Of a DNA stretch of 64,000 bases, positions 9,568-19,522 are shown in pieces (within the stretch, counting starts at the first letter, position 1; the number at the start of each line of letters is the position of its first letter). The notes beneath the pieces were generated by a model. That model was not told where the DNA came from, did no database searches, and was given only the letters and a program-made list of their open reading frames with translations. Made by a program: the position numbers and the translations under genes. The stretch spans positions 1 through 64,000 of the forward strand of contig JBIKWF010000001.1 of NCBI GenBank assembly GCA_044356455.1. Direction: 5' to 3'. Source of the DNA: Bdellovibrionota bacterium. Its GTDB lineage: Bacteria; Bdellovibrionota_C; UBA2361; JBGSMV01.

Positions 9568-9700
9568 GGAACCTCCGAAAAAGTCCACTCTGTGATCTCT
9601 GTGCCCTCTGTGGTTGATTCAAATTGTTGAAAAACCACAGAGGACACAGAGCTCGCAGAGCGAAAAAATAAAATATCGAGGCTTCTCAGAGGCTCCCGAA
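9564..9700. mobile_element. MITE-like element, type C (reverse orientation), followed by a type E remnant to about 9750
   Basis: CTAA-GGAACCTCCGAAAAA ... TTCTCAGAGGCTCC-CGAA; left flank is the lolD stop; similar to 29460-29597. Confidence 0.85.
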
Positions 9701-9880
9701 GAAGTCTTTGGCAGAGCACTCCTTTGTGGTCTCCGTGGTCTTAGTGGATGTTTTCGATTCAATCACCAAAACGTGGGATACAGGCCTGGAAGAGGGCATC
9801 GAAGGGCCTTCTGGGGATTCGTCGCTCATGCTATACCCGCTCGACGTACGTAAGTAGTTCTTGGAACTCAGGAAACGCCC

Positions 9881-12241
9881 ATGAAGCATTTGACCTCTCA
9901 TTCTCGCTGCTCGCTCGCTCTTTCTCTTGCCTTGTGGGTGGGAATTTTGCATGCCGGCACCTCGGCCGCTCAAGTTGGTTCGTCAACTCCCCAGGGCGGC
10001 GCGCCTCAGGCCACCACCCAGGGTTCCAAGTTTGTGCGAGTTGATGACGTTGAGATCGAGGGAAATGAGCGCATCGATCGCGCAGCGATTCGGCTTCAGC
10101 TTAAATATACCTCGGGGAACATCTCGAGTGAGCAAATTTCTGAGGATGTTAAGACTCTCTATCGCACAGGCTTTTTTGAGCAAGTCACGGCGTCTGTTGT
10201 TCAAAAGTCTGGTCGTGCTTTTTTGCGTTACCTCGTAAGCGAGAAGCCCGTGGTACGGCGCGTTTTTATCAAGGGAAACGAAGAAGTCGACCAATCAGAT
10301 TTGGCAAGTGTTTTCCAATTTGATGCGCGCCGATTCTTTGACCGCACCAAAGTAGATCAAATGATACGAAAGGGCGTCTCTTTGTATCAGACGCGAGGCT
10401 TCTACGACGCTTCCTTTGAGTATGCTCTTGTTCCCGTAGGTGAGAACCAAGTTGACCTTTCGTTTACGGTCACAGAAGGCGAGCGTTATAAGATTCGCGA
10501 GATCGCTATTCGCGGCATCGAGCGTCTTGAGGAGGACGACGTACTTTCAGCCATGGAAACACGGCGCTATAAGTGGTGGAGCTCTTGGCTCATGGGAACA
10601 GGGCGCCTGAATGTTGAAAGTTTGCAGAACGACCAGCTGCGAGTTCGGCAATACCTGCTCGATCATGGACTCATCGATGGCAACGTCAGCGCTCCAGTGA
10701 TTGAGCGCCGGGAAGACGGCCTTTATCTAGCGTTCGATGTGACTGAGGGGCCAGAATATAAGGTCGGTGCTATCTCAGCTGCAGGGGATTTGATCGAGAA
10801 TGACGCGGCGAAGACGATTGAGGGTATCAAGGTAAAAGAGGGCGACGTCTTTAGTGCGAGCGCGATTCGTGAAGATTCCTTTCATATCGCAGAGAAGTTC
10901 AACGACATTGGCTACGCCTTTGCGAACGTAGTTCCTAATACTCAGGTCGACAAGTCCACGGCGACGGTAAATATCGACTACAGCGCAACTCGTGGAAATC
11001 TCACCACGGTTAATAAAGTTAACATCAAGGGCAATGATAAGACCTACGATAACGTCATCCGCCGTGAGATTCGCCTTGATGAGCAGGATCTCTATTCGGG
11101 AAGCAAGGTCAAGCGTAGTCAAGCAGTGTTGCAGCGCCTTGGATATTTCGAAGAGGTGAATATCGCTACGGAACCGGTGGGCGACGACAAAGTGGATCTG
11201 AATGTGGCAGTGAGGGAAGGATCTACCGGAACGTTCTCTGCCGGTGCTGGGTATTCAACCTCAGACGGTCCTTTGTTTAATGCACGTCTTTCTGAGAATA
11301 ACCTCTTTGGGACAGGCCGGAAGGCGGTGCTCAATGTTGATATTGGTACACAGAGAGATAGCTACGTTATCTCATTCGAAGATCGGCGGTTCAACGACAC
11401 CTTCTGGTCGCTTGGAACCGATATCTATAGAACAGACAGGGAGTTCCGCGACTTCGATAGGCAGGCGAACGGAGTTTCTCTTTCTGCGGGCTATCCGCTC
11501 GAAGAGCTTCTTTCAGCCAAGATATTCGAGGATATGTCCTTTGGACTAAAGTATGAATTTCTTGAGGCAAAAATCAGCAACGTAGACGAAGAGGACGCCG
11601 CGCAGCTTGTGATTGACTCAGAGGGTACGACCAGAGCGTCTGCGATTACCCCACGTCTTGTTCGTAACACGATTAATAATCCTCTGAATCCCACTGAAGG
11701 CTCACGGCAGGAAATTTCTGTCGAGCTTGCGGGTTTAGGAGGAACCGAGGAGTTCTACCTTTTTGAGATAGAGCAATCCCTTTATTACCCTCTTGGTCAA
11801 ACGAGTTTTGGGGATTTCGTGTTCTCTTGGAGAACTCAGTTCGGGTATGGGGAGACTTTTGATGATGACCCGTTCCCGCTGTACCGGAGATATTTCCCGG
11901 GTGGAATTAACTCGGTGCGCGGTTTCAAGAACCGGACTCTTGGTCCTAAGGATGAGCGCGGAAACGAATATGGTGGAAGTAAGCAACTCGTAAATAACGT
12001 TGAGCTCATCTTCCCATTGATAAATTCGGCCGGGCTTAAGGGCGTGGTGTTTTACGACATCGGGCAGTCATTCGATGACGATGAGTCAATTGACCTCTCA
12101 GCATTGAGAGAGGCCTACGGCGCTGGCATACGCTGGAGCTCGCCTCTCGGACCTATTCGAATCGAGTTCGGGTTTCCTCTGGATAGGCAGGAAGGGGAGA
12201 GCAATATGGTTACCCAGTTCTCGTTTGGTGCGCCTTTCTAA
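9881..12241 (+). CDS. bamA: Outer membrane protein assembly factor BamA
   Basis: POTRA repeats (IEGNERID, IKGNDKTYDNVIRRE), GGINSVRGF, WSSPLGPIR, C-terminal Phe. Confidence 0.95.
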   Translation: MKHLTSHSRCSLALSLALWVGILHAGTSAAQVGSSTPQGGAPQATTQGSKFVRVDDVEIEGNERIDRAAIRLQLKYTSGNISSEQISEDVKTLYRTGFFEQVTASVVQKSGRAFLRYLVSEKPVVRRVFIKGNEEVDQSDLASVFQFDARRFFDRTKVDQMIRKGVSLYQTRGFYDASFEYALVPVGENQVDLSFTVTEGERYKIREIAIRGIERLEEDDVLSAMETRRYKWWSSWLMGTGRLNVESLQNDQLRVRQYLLDHGLIDGNVSAPVIERREDGLYLAFDVTEGPEYKVGAISAAGDLIENDAAKTIEGIKVKEGDVFSASAIREDSFHIAEKFNDIGYAFANVVPNTQVDKSTATVNIDYSATRGNLTTVNKVNIKGNDKTYDNVIRREIRLDEQDLYSGSKVKRSQAVLQRLGYFEEVNIATEPVGDDKVDLNVAVREGSTGTFSAGAGYSTSDGPLFNARLSENNLFGTGRKAVLNVDIGTQRDSYVISFEDRRFNDTFWSLGTDIYRTDREFRDFDRQANGVSLSAGYPLEELLSAKIFEDMSFGLKYEFLEAKISNVDEEDAAQLVIDSEGTTRASAITPRLVRNTINNPLNPTEGSRQEISVELAGLGGTEEFYLFEIEQSLYYPLGQTSFGDFVFSWRTQFGYGETFDDDPFPLYRRYFPGGINSVRGFKNRTLGPKDERGNEYGGSKQLVNNVELIFPLINSAGLKGVVFYDIGQSFDDDESIDLSALREAYGAGIRWSSPLGPIRIEFGFPLDRQEGESNMVTQFSFGAPF

Positions 12242-12308
12242 TCGCAAAGGTTTGCTGCTTGCGACGCCTTAGGTCGCCTCTTTGTTAGTTCTTTAAGTTT
12301 TGTTGGGA

Positions 12309-12367
12309 CAACCACTAAGAACACAGAGACCACTAAGGGGTGGGGGGGGCAAGTGAGAGGCTTCTAG
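12309..12367. repeat. Partial type E element
   Basis: CAACCACTAAGAACACAGAGACCACTAAG ... GAGAGGCTTCTAG. Confidence 0.55.
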
Positions 12368-12591
12368 CAAATTATAAGGTCATGTCAGGTGGTTACGCCT
12401 GGAAAGGGGGGCGACCTGCGTTAGACTTTGCCGCGCTTATTCCCTATAGTCTTTGAGGCTTTGCAGAGGCCAACGTTTGGCAGAATCGTCCATATGGGCG
12501 AGGCGGCTTAGAACGTGCTGTTTTTTGCGCGGGACGTATGATTCTCAGAGCCAAAGATTTAAGAGAACTGAAGATACGGGGGACTGAAACC

Positions 12592-13206
12592 ATGAAGCGT
12601 AATGGGTCGAGTGCTTTAAGTGGGCTTTGGGACGTGACAGGACGTCGGGCGGCGACCTTTTTGCTGCCTTCCTTTTTGGGTCGATCATTTGTTTTTGGGA
12701 CCTTCGCTCTTGGCGCGCTCCTTTCGTTTTCTCGTCCGGTTCTGGCCGCGGGGGATGGGCCGCAGATTTTTGTCATCGACATGAACCGAGTCGCAAATGA
12801 ATCGATTATTGGGAAAGCCGCGAGATCCAATATCGAAGCTGAGGTACGCAAGTCCGAATCTAAGGTCGCGCTCCAGCGCCAAAGTGTAGAGCAGCTTAGA
12901 GCCGATATCGAGAAGCAGTCCTCCTTACTTTCATCTGATGCGCTTGAAGAGAAGCGAGAGGTTCTCGAAAAGCGTCAGCGTGAAGTTGAGCGCATGATGC
13001 AAGACCAGCGCGAAGAACTTGGGAAAAAGCACAATATTGAAATGAAAAAAGTGGTTGATGAGATAGATGTGGTGGTGAAGCAGCTGAGTGAGCGCGGCAC
13101 GTATCCCCTCATCATAGAGAAGGATCCAAGGGTGGTGGTCTTTGCTTCAGATCGTACGGACCTCACCGCGGAAGTGATTCGTATTTTAGACTCAAAGAAG
13201 ATGTAG
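12592..13206 (+). CDS. skp: Skp/OmpH periplasmic chaperone
   Basis: VIDMNRVANESIIGKAA, coiled coil, DLTAEVI; downstream of bamA; start uncertain. Confidence 0.85.
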   Translation: MKRNGSSALSGLWDVTGRRAATFLLPSFLGRSFVFGTFALGALLSFSRPVLAAGDGPQIFVIDMNRVANESIIGKAARSNIEAEVRKSESKVALQRQSVEQLRADIEKQSSLLSSDALEEKREVLEKRQREVERMMQDQREELGKKHNIEMKKVVDEIDVVVKQLSERGTYPLIIEKDPRVVVFASDRTDLTAEVIRILDSKKM

Positions 13207-13358
13207 ATAAGGTGTTGAGGCTTATGTCGCCTTGAGGGCTTTGCGCCTCAGGTGAGCTCGAGGTTTCGGCGTAGTGCTTGGGACCTCCTAGCAACAGGGC
13301 GGCCTTAAGTAACCACGCCGTAAGCGACGTTCCAGAAATCCCACGAATGGTGTGACCC

Positions 13359-14207
13359 ATGACTTCGAATGTGCATCCCTCCGCAGTGATTCATTCTTCT
13401 GCAATCGTTGATCCAAGCGCGATTATTGGCGAGGGCACAGAAATTGGCCCCTTCACGGTGATCGGGCCCCGTGTCGTGATGGGCAAGCGCAATCGCATCG
13501 CCTCTCACGTCGTTATTGAGGGGCGGACAACTCTTGGGGATGAAAACCGAGTCTATCAATTTGCTTCCATCGGGGCCGCGCCTCAGGACCTGAAGTTTAA
13601 GGGGGAAGAGAGTCAGTTGCTTATTGGTAACGGCAACATGATTCGCGAGTACGTGACTCTGCAGCCGGGAACCTCCCAAGGTGGCATGAAAAGCGTAATC
13701 GGGGATAAAAACCTTTTTATGGCAGGTAGTCATGTCGCTCACGATACCATGGTGGGAAATGGGAACGTGCTCGCCAACTACGCCTGCCTTGCGGGCCACG
13801 TGGTGGTGGGCAACCGCACCACGCTGGGCGGTCTGGTAGGGATTCACCAGTTTGTGCGTATTGGAGATATGGCGATTCTTGCGGCTGGTTCCATGGTAGC
13901 TCAAGATGTTCCTCCCTTTTGCATGGGACAGGGAGATCGCTGCTCTCTTATAGGACTCAATCGAATTGGATTGCAGAGGAACGGGGCTTCCCCAGAGGAT
14001 ATCTCGCGGTTACGGAAGCTCTACCGCAAACTTTTCTGGGGCGCGGGCAAGTTCTCGGCGCGGCTCGAGGAGGTATCTGCTGAGGGAGAGAACTTCCCGC
14101 TTGGAACGCAGCTTATTGAATTTCTGAAAACGCCAAGCCAGCGAGGAGTCATAGGTGCTCGTATGGGCCGTGCCAAGGCAGGGGCCTCGGATGATGCGGC
14201 TGAATGA
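13359..14207 (+). CDS. lpxA: UDP-N-acetylglucosamine O-acyltransferase
   Basis: Hexapeptide repeats, PQDLKFKGE, IREYVT, HVAHD, GIHQFVRIG, QDVPPF. Confidence 0.95.
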   Translation: MTSNVHPSAVIHSSAIVDPSAIIGEGTEIGPFTVIGPRVVMGKRNRIASHVVIEGRTTLGDENRVYQFASIGAAPQDLKFKGEESQLLIGNGNMIREYVTLQPGTSQGGMKSVIGDKNLFMAGSHVAHDTMVGNGNVLANYACLAGHVVVGNRTTLGGLVGIHQFVRIGDMAILAAGSMVAQDVPPFCMGQGDRCSLIGLNRIGLQRNGASPEDISRLRKLYRKLFWGAGKFSARLEEVSAEGENFPLGTQLIEFLKTPSQRGVIGARMGRAKAGASDDAAE

Positions 14208-14263
14208 TAGTTCGATAGTATGATAGCCAAGAGGGATACGAGCGACCATGGGAGCGCTCCCGC

Positions 14264-15271
14264 ATGAGTGTTGGTTCCCCGCCAGAGATTTTCTCCAAAA
14301 ACGATTCTTCCTCTCGCGAAGGGGGAGCCTCCCGTGCCAGCGGAATTGAGAGCCTCGCGCAAGGAGAGCCTGTTGGCCTCATTGCGGGAAACGGACAGTT
14401 CCCTCTCGCAGTTGCTCGGCGCTTGCGAGAGCTTGGTGCCAGCCCAATAATTGCGGCTCATATAGGTGAGACAAGCCCAGAGATAGAATCTTTGACTTCT
14501 GATTGCACCTGGGTGCGGGTTGGGCAGTTGGGAAAGATACTGAGGTGCTTCAAGCGAGCGGGCGTGCGCCATGTCGCAATGGCGGGGGGGATTTCCCGCG
14601 TGAGAATCTTTGGGGGGAGCGGTGCGAGGCCTGATTGGCAGGCGCTAAAGTTGATTGCTCGATTAGGGACCGTACGGGACGATGTGCTGCTGCGAGGAAT
14701 TGCCGAAGTGCTGTGCCAGTCTGGGATGGAAGTTTTTGGAGCTGCTCAGATTCTCAGTAAAGCGGTAGCAGAGGAGGGCCTGCTTAGTCGGCGCAGCCTC
14801 GATGCCGGTGAAAGGCAGGATGCCAGAATTGGCTGGGAGGCGGCCAAGGCAATTGGAGCCCTGGATATCGGGCAGACCGTGGTTGCGTATCAAGGGCTAG
14901 TAGTCGCTGTGGAAGCGGTAGATGGGACCGACGCAACGATACGAAGGGCGGGAGAGTTGACGAGGAAAGGGGAGCTCGGGCCGCTTTCTTCGGCGCTGGG
15001 TCGTGCGCTAACCTCTTCGTTGGAGTTATTGGCCGGCGCAGGCGGCGGAAATGCGCGTGGGCCAGTAGTGGTGAAGCTCTGTAAGCCGCAGCAGGACGAA
15101 CGTCTGGATCTCCCGACCGTCGGCAGGACGACCATCGACTCTATGATTGCGGCGGGCGCCTCGGCCCTTGTGATCGAGGCGGGAAAGACGCTGATTCTCG
15201 ATTATGATGACGTTCTTTCTCACGCAAATGCCGCGGGAATAGCGATTCTTGCAAGTCGAGGTGCGCCTTGA
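14264..15271 (+). CDS. lpxI: UDP-2,3-diacylglucosamine diphosphatase LpxI
   Basis: GLIAGNGQFP, LDIGQTVV, AVEAVDGTD, KPQQDERLDLPTVG. Confidence 0.9.
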   Translation: MSVGSPPEIFSKNDSSSREGGASRASGIESLAQGEPVGLIAGNGQFPLAVARRLRELGASPIIAAHIGETSPEIESLTSDCTWVRVGQLGKILRCFKRAGVRHVAMAGGISRVRIFGGSGARPDWQALKLIARLGTVRDDVLLRGIAEVLCQSGMEVFGAAQILSKAVAEEGLLSRRSLDAGERQDARIGWEAAKAIGALDIGQTVVAYQGLVVAVEAVDGTDATIRRAGELTRKGELGPLSSALGRALTSSLELLAGAGGGNARGPVVVKLCKPQQDERLDLPTVGRTTIDSMIAAGASALVIEAGKTLILDYDDVLSHANAAGIAILASRGAP

Positions 15272-15440
15272 TGAGTTTGGGCGTGAGAGGGGAGGATTGG
15301 GGTTTTGAAATGCCCCTTACCCGGGAGCAGCTCCGAGGCCCCGCGTTAGATAGGAGTGGTGATTTTTCTTCTTTATCTCTGCCTCCAGCAACGCTACCTT
15401 TGGGGCTGAGAGGTCTGTGCGTGGTAATAAGAGGTCGTAA

Positions 15441-17066
15441 GTGAAGTTCATTTTCTGGCACTTCAGCGCCTGGTTGGGCATACCTGTCCTTCTCATGGTC
15501 GGCATTTCTCAAGCGGTGCTCGAGCTGCGCTCCGGAATTGACTCTCACTCCGCCTTTGAGCGAGTCAGGTCCTTTCGAGAGCAGCTACGTTCACAAGTGA
15601 GAGCGGCGGGTTTCCCTTCATCTCCGGTGGAGGTTAGTTCGCCCGTTACCCCCGCGGGGGGTGCTTCAGGTCTAGACGCGAATTCCGATGTGCGTGAGGA
15701 GGATGGGAGGCTGCGGGCGATGCAGCTTGAAGAACAGGATGTTCTTAGTGCCGCGAGGCATTCCTCTGAAATCTGGCTCGCTGATGCGCGAGCCCATTCT
15801 GTTTTGGGATCATTACTGCGTCATCTTGCGGAAGTGCGGGGCGAGGGGCTCGGAGCGCGCGTAGGGAACGATCGGTTCAGAGATCAAATCAAATTGTTCT
15901 GCGAAGCGCTTGCTGCCTATGGCAAAGGCCTTGCCGCAGATCCATTGAGCGCTCGTCTGCTCATGAGCTGGGCAAATGTGCGGCAGATACTCGGACCGGT
16001 TGATTGCCAATTGCCTCTGACGCAGGGGGACTACGCTTCGGCGATTGTTCAGGCGCTCGAGCTTAACCCCACAGATGTTGAGTCGAAATACGCGGCGTCG
16101 CTTCTTCTTCTTTGGGGAAATGCGCCTAAAGAGGCCTGGAAGCTTATGCGCGAGGTTCTTAGATTCAATACTGAACTGACCGAAAGTCAGCGTCGGGGAA
16201 TTCTTTCCCGAGTCCAAGAGGAAGCGTCCCTGCGGGCGATAGTTCCCGCTCGATTCCCTCAAATTGTATATGTCTCGGAGTATTTGGACGCGAATCCACT
16301 TTCGTTCGGTGACGACAAAGTTCGCCAGAAGAATTTTGTGGGCGCTCTTGCGGAGCTTCAGCGAGAAGCAATTGCATCTTCAGTCGAGGAGTACTCCCTC
16401 GACGCGGTTCCTTATTCCATTCATACGGACCGTTTGATTCGGCTCAGTGATTTCGCAGCCGATGATTCCGTGCGTCAACGGCTTGACCGAGAGTTGTCTA
16501 CTCTCGTCCGTCGTCGCAGTCAGGTAGCGCTCTCGGATTATTTGTCGGAGCGGGCATCTCTTAAGCAGTTGCAAGCGGTTTATGCAACAATGTCTGCTGA
16601 TACAAGGCCCTCAAAGAACCCGATAGTGAAATGGGCTGGCGAGGAAAGGTTTCACTTTGATGAGTTCTACCGTTCTGTCGGATTCTATCTCTCGGCGGGA
16701 CAGGCTGCGCAGGGAATTGAGCTTCAGGTAAGTAGTCTGCCTAACAGTGCGTCGGGTCAGTTGATAAAAATTTTTGTGAGCGAGGATAATCAGAATTGGA
16801 GCGAGATTACCTCGCAAGTAACCTTTCGTAGTTTTGAGCTTGGGCGAAGAGTGCTGGTAACCATGCGTTTCCCGGCGCGGGTATCAAAATATTGGAAGAT
16901 TCACTACTCCAGCGCTAATCGCGAGCGTCTCCTTTTGGGGCGTATCCCAGAAGGCGTTCGCGTATATGGAACGTCGAATGCTCTTGCGCGTAGTGGAAGA
17001 GATGTTCCTCTCGCGAGTAGAGGCGAGTCCTCCGGTCGGGAGTTCGCGAGGGGAGGAGGGAAATGA
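15441..17066 (+). CDS. Membrane-anchored protein with helical/TPR-like region and possible C-terminal discoidin (F5/8 type C)-like domain
   Basis: N-terminal hydrophobic helix, AIVQALELNP, C-terminal IKIFVSEDNQNW...KYWKI; stop overlaps next start (ATGA). Confidence 0.5.
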   Translation: MKFIFWHFSAWLGIPVLLMVGISQAVLELRSGIDSHSAFERVRSFREQLRSQVRAAGFPSSPVEVSSPVTPAGGASGLDANSDVREEDGRLRAMQLEEQDVLSAARHSSEIWLADARAHSVLGSLLRHLAEVRGEGLGARVGNDRFRDQIKLFCEALAAYGKGLAADPLSARLLMSWANVRQILGPVDCQLPLTQGDYASAIVQALELNPTDVESKYAASLLLLWGNAPKEAWKLMREVLRFNTELTESQRRGILSRVQEEASLRAIVPARFPQIVYVSEYLDANPLSFGDDKVRQKNFVGALAELQREAIASSVEEYSLDAVPYSIHTDRLIRLSDFAADDSVRQRLDRELSTLVRRRSQVALSDYLSERASLKQLQAVYATMSADTRPSKNPIVKWAGEERFHFDEFYRSVGFYLSAGQAAQGIELQVSSLPNSASGQLIKIFVSEDNQNWSEITSQVTFRSFELGRRVLVTMRFPARVSKYWKIHYSSANRERLLLGRIPEGVRVYGTSNALARSGRDVPLASRGESSGREFARGGGK

Positions 17067-18031
17067 GGATCTCTTTCTTGCCAGTTTTGCCGAGACTACG
17101 GGCGCTTTTTCTGTCTGCCTTAATGGGGGCTTCGGGTGCCTGTCTTTATGCTGCAGACTCCTCTGCCGAAGAGATTGCCATTGGCGTCGGTGAGTTCTCA
17201 AAGGAGCTCAATGTTCTTACTTCAGACGATCTTGTCGCGCGCTTAGTTCGAGGCGGCGCCACCAGGGGCCTGCTTGCGCCAGTCCCTAAAGATTCCGTCG
17301 TAAGTCCCGCGTCTGAAGCGGTGCGGCCGGGCAGGGAGGCAACGTTAGCGCCCTATACGTTGGCGCTTGCGGATAGTGTTGCTTTAGATGCGGCTCATTC
17401 GAAGTGGAGCTTTCGTATTCGTGGTGGAGAGGCTTTTTCGAACGGTTTGCCAGTTCGTCCCGAAGACGTGCTTTTCTCCCTTCGGCGCTGCCAGGATGCT
17501 GGCATAGTTCCTCGCTCCGCCACGCTAAGTGCCGCAACAAGAACCACCAATCGGGGAGTAAGTGAGGACTGGGTGTTTGTTTCCCAATCTTTTCCCCAGC
17601 CATTGCCATCCCGGGTAGAGGGGATTCCTTGGGAAGTATTTTCCGAGTGCCCAATATTGGAGGAAGGCAGTAGTGAGCGTTTTGGCGCGGACCTTGGGGT
17701 CGGAAGTAATTTAGTCGCCTCTGGGTACTTTCTCATTGAGGATTTTTTTGCGGGACGAGAGATTACCCTTGCCCGGACAAGGGGCCTAGATACCGGGGCA
17801 GGCAAGATAGTGCTACGCGGGTTCCGCGACGGCCTTCATGCACTCACCGCCTTGAGGACTGGTACGATAGATCTGTTTTTTACTGAGGACGAAGAGGTGC
17901 TTACGCGTGCCCGTGGCGATCAAACCTTGTTATCCTCGGAGTGTTCAGGCTATAGGATGATTCAACGAAAAGGCTTGCAAGTGCGCTGTGGGAGGCAGGT
18001 GGAGCTTAATGAACTTAAGTACTTAAGTTGA
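17063..18031 (+). CDS. Truncated family-5 extracellular solute-binding protein
   Basis: LALADS...WSFRIRGGEAFSNGLPVRPEDVLFSL, ALRTGTIDL; only 322 aa. Confidence 0.65.
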   Translation: MRISFLPVLPRLRALFLSALMGASGACLYAADSSAEEIAIGVGEFSKELNVLTSDDLVARLVRGGATRGLLAPVPKDSVVSPASEAVRPGREATLAPYTLALADSVALDAAHSKWSFRIRGGEAFSNGLPVRPEDVLFSLRRCQDAGIVPRSATLSAATRTTNRGVSEDWVFVSQSFPQPLPSRVEGIPWEVFSECPILEEGSSERFGADLGVGSNLVASGYFLIEDFFAGREITLARTRGLDTGAGKIVLRGFRDGLHALTALRTGTIDLFFTEDEEVLTRARGDQTLLSSECSGYRMIQRKGLQVRCGRQVELNELKYLS

Positions 18032-18147
18032 CTCGTCGCGGCTGTATTCTTTGATAATTCTTGGCTGGTTGTCTGCCCGATAAGTGAGGCAAGATTGCAG
18101 CCGGGTTTAGGCCTCAAGGGCTTGGGATTTTTGTAACCGAGTGAGTA

Positions 18148-19473
18148 ATGAAAACCGTTTCCAGCACTTTGCAAGTAACTGCTTCTGCAACCGAAAACCT
18201 TTCGGATTGCCGTGCCCGTCCGCATGGTGGGCAGAGTTTCTCGGTCGCCGTCGGTATTACTTTGGGCTTCATGGTAAGCCTCTCGTGTGTGGGTTGTGCG
18301 CAGCGAGCGTTTTTCGACCCGCGTTCTGAAATTATTGCAAACGCGCAGAGCAAGGGCGTGGCAGCAAGGAGTATAGAAGAAGATCGAGAGCTGTTCTTTG
18401 CTCAGGAAACTACTCAACGCAAGCGACTTCAGACGCTGATAGCGAAGCGCTCGGAGCCAGAGTTTAAGGATTCAAGTTACAGACTTGGGGCGGGAGATGA
18501 CATTGAGATAAACGTTTTTGATGTTCCCGAGCTTAACGTGACTACAAAAATTCGCCAGTCGGGCTTTCTTTCTCTGCCCCTTATTGGCGCAGTAAATGCC
18601 ATTGGTCTTACGGAGTCAGAGCTCGTTGAACAGTTGAGATCTCGGCTCAAAACTTTTGTGCGCGATCCTCAGGTTTCAGTGTTTGTGACGAATTACGGCA
18701 GTCAGAAGGTGGCAGTTATGGGGGCCGTTCGAACCCCTGGGAATATTCCGCTTAAAAAGGGTGCCAATAGCATTCTAGAGCTGATTGCCCAGGCCGGAGG
18801 GGTTTCTGAGAGGGCGGGGAACTATATTAATTTTATCCCGTCTGAAGTTTCAGGAATTGCCAACTCTGCAGCTCTCGAAGGTGGCTACGCGATAGGAGGC
18901 CAGGCAGCAGGAAAGGGAGAAGCGGAAAACGCCAACTCGAATCGAAGTGCGCAGCTTGGATTAGAGAGAGCTGGAGATTTTGGGCTTGCTAGAGCTCGCG
19001 GTCCACTTGGAGCAAACGTGCTGCGCGATAGCGGTATAGAGATTTATCTCGATGAAGTCATGGGAACGAGTGGCGGAATTCCCGTAGAGATTCCCGTGCG
19101 TGGCGGGGATATGGTGATCATTCCAGAATCCGGGAAGGTCAATGTAGAGGGCGAGGTTTCTAAGCCGGGGACCTATGATTTGCCCCAGCAGATGACGCTG
19201 CTCAGTGCTTTAGCGGCCTCAGGGGGGATTACCTATAGCGCAAAAGTTGACGAGGTAGAGGTCATTCGAGATGTTGGAGGTTCTGAAAAGGCCCGGTTGG
19301 TCGTCGATATAACCAAGATTGGGACAGGCGAGGAGCGCGATGTGCGTCTTCGCAATGGTGATATCGTGCGCATTCCCTCCGATGGTGGTCGGCGTCTTAC
19401 CCAAGACACGTTTGATGGCCTGAGCCGAATCATAAATGTCGGAGTGGGGGGCAGTTTTAATTTAGCGCCATAG
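18148..19473 (+). CDS. wza: Polysaccharide export protein (Poly_export + SLBB domains)
   Basis: YRLGAGDDIEINVF, GFLSLPLIGAV, VRDPQVSV, GEVSKPGTY, LRNGDIVRIP. Confidence 0.88.
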   Translation: MKTVSSTLQVTASATENLSDCRARPHGGQSFSVAVGITLGFMVSLSCVGCAQRAFFDPRSEIIANAQSKGVAARSIEEDRELFFAQETTQRKRLQTLIAKRSEPEFKDSSYRLGAGDDIEINVFDVPELNVTTKIRQSGFLSLPLIGAVNAIGLTESELVEQLRSRLKTFVRDPQVSVFVTNYGSQKVAVMGAVRTPGNIPLKKGANSILELIAQAGGVSERAGNYINFIPSEVSGIANSAALEGGYAIGGQAAGKGEAENANSNRSAQLGLERAGDFGLARARGPLGANVLRDSGIEIYLDEVMGTSGGIPVEIPVRGGDMVIIPESGKVNVEGEVSKPGTYDLPQQMTLLSALAASGGITYSAKVDEVEVIRDVGGSEKARLVVDITKIGTGEERDVRLRNGDIVRIPSDGGRRLTQDTFDGLSRIINVGVGGSFNLAP

Positions 19474-19522
19474 GCGCTTCGTTTTGTCTTCTTTTCTTGT
19501 GTCCCTATGGTGAAGTAGTTCT

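Noticed and set aside
9614..9973. Short ORFs 9614-9853 and 9686-9973 (similarly 35815-36042, 35936-36181, 41021-41281)
   Set aside because: They read through the 9-nt-period elements, which tend to stay in frame; no protein-like motifs
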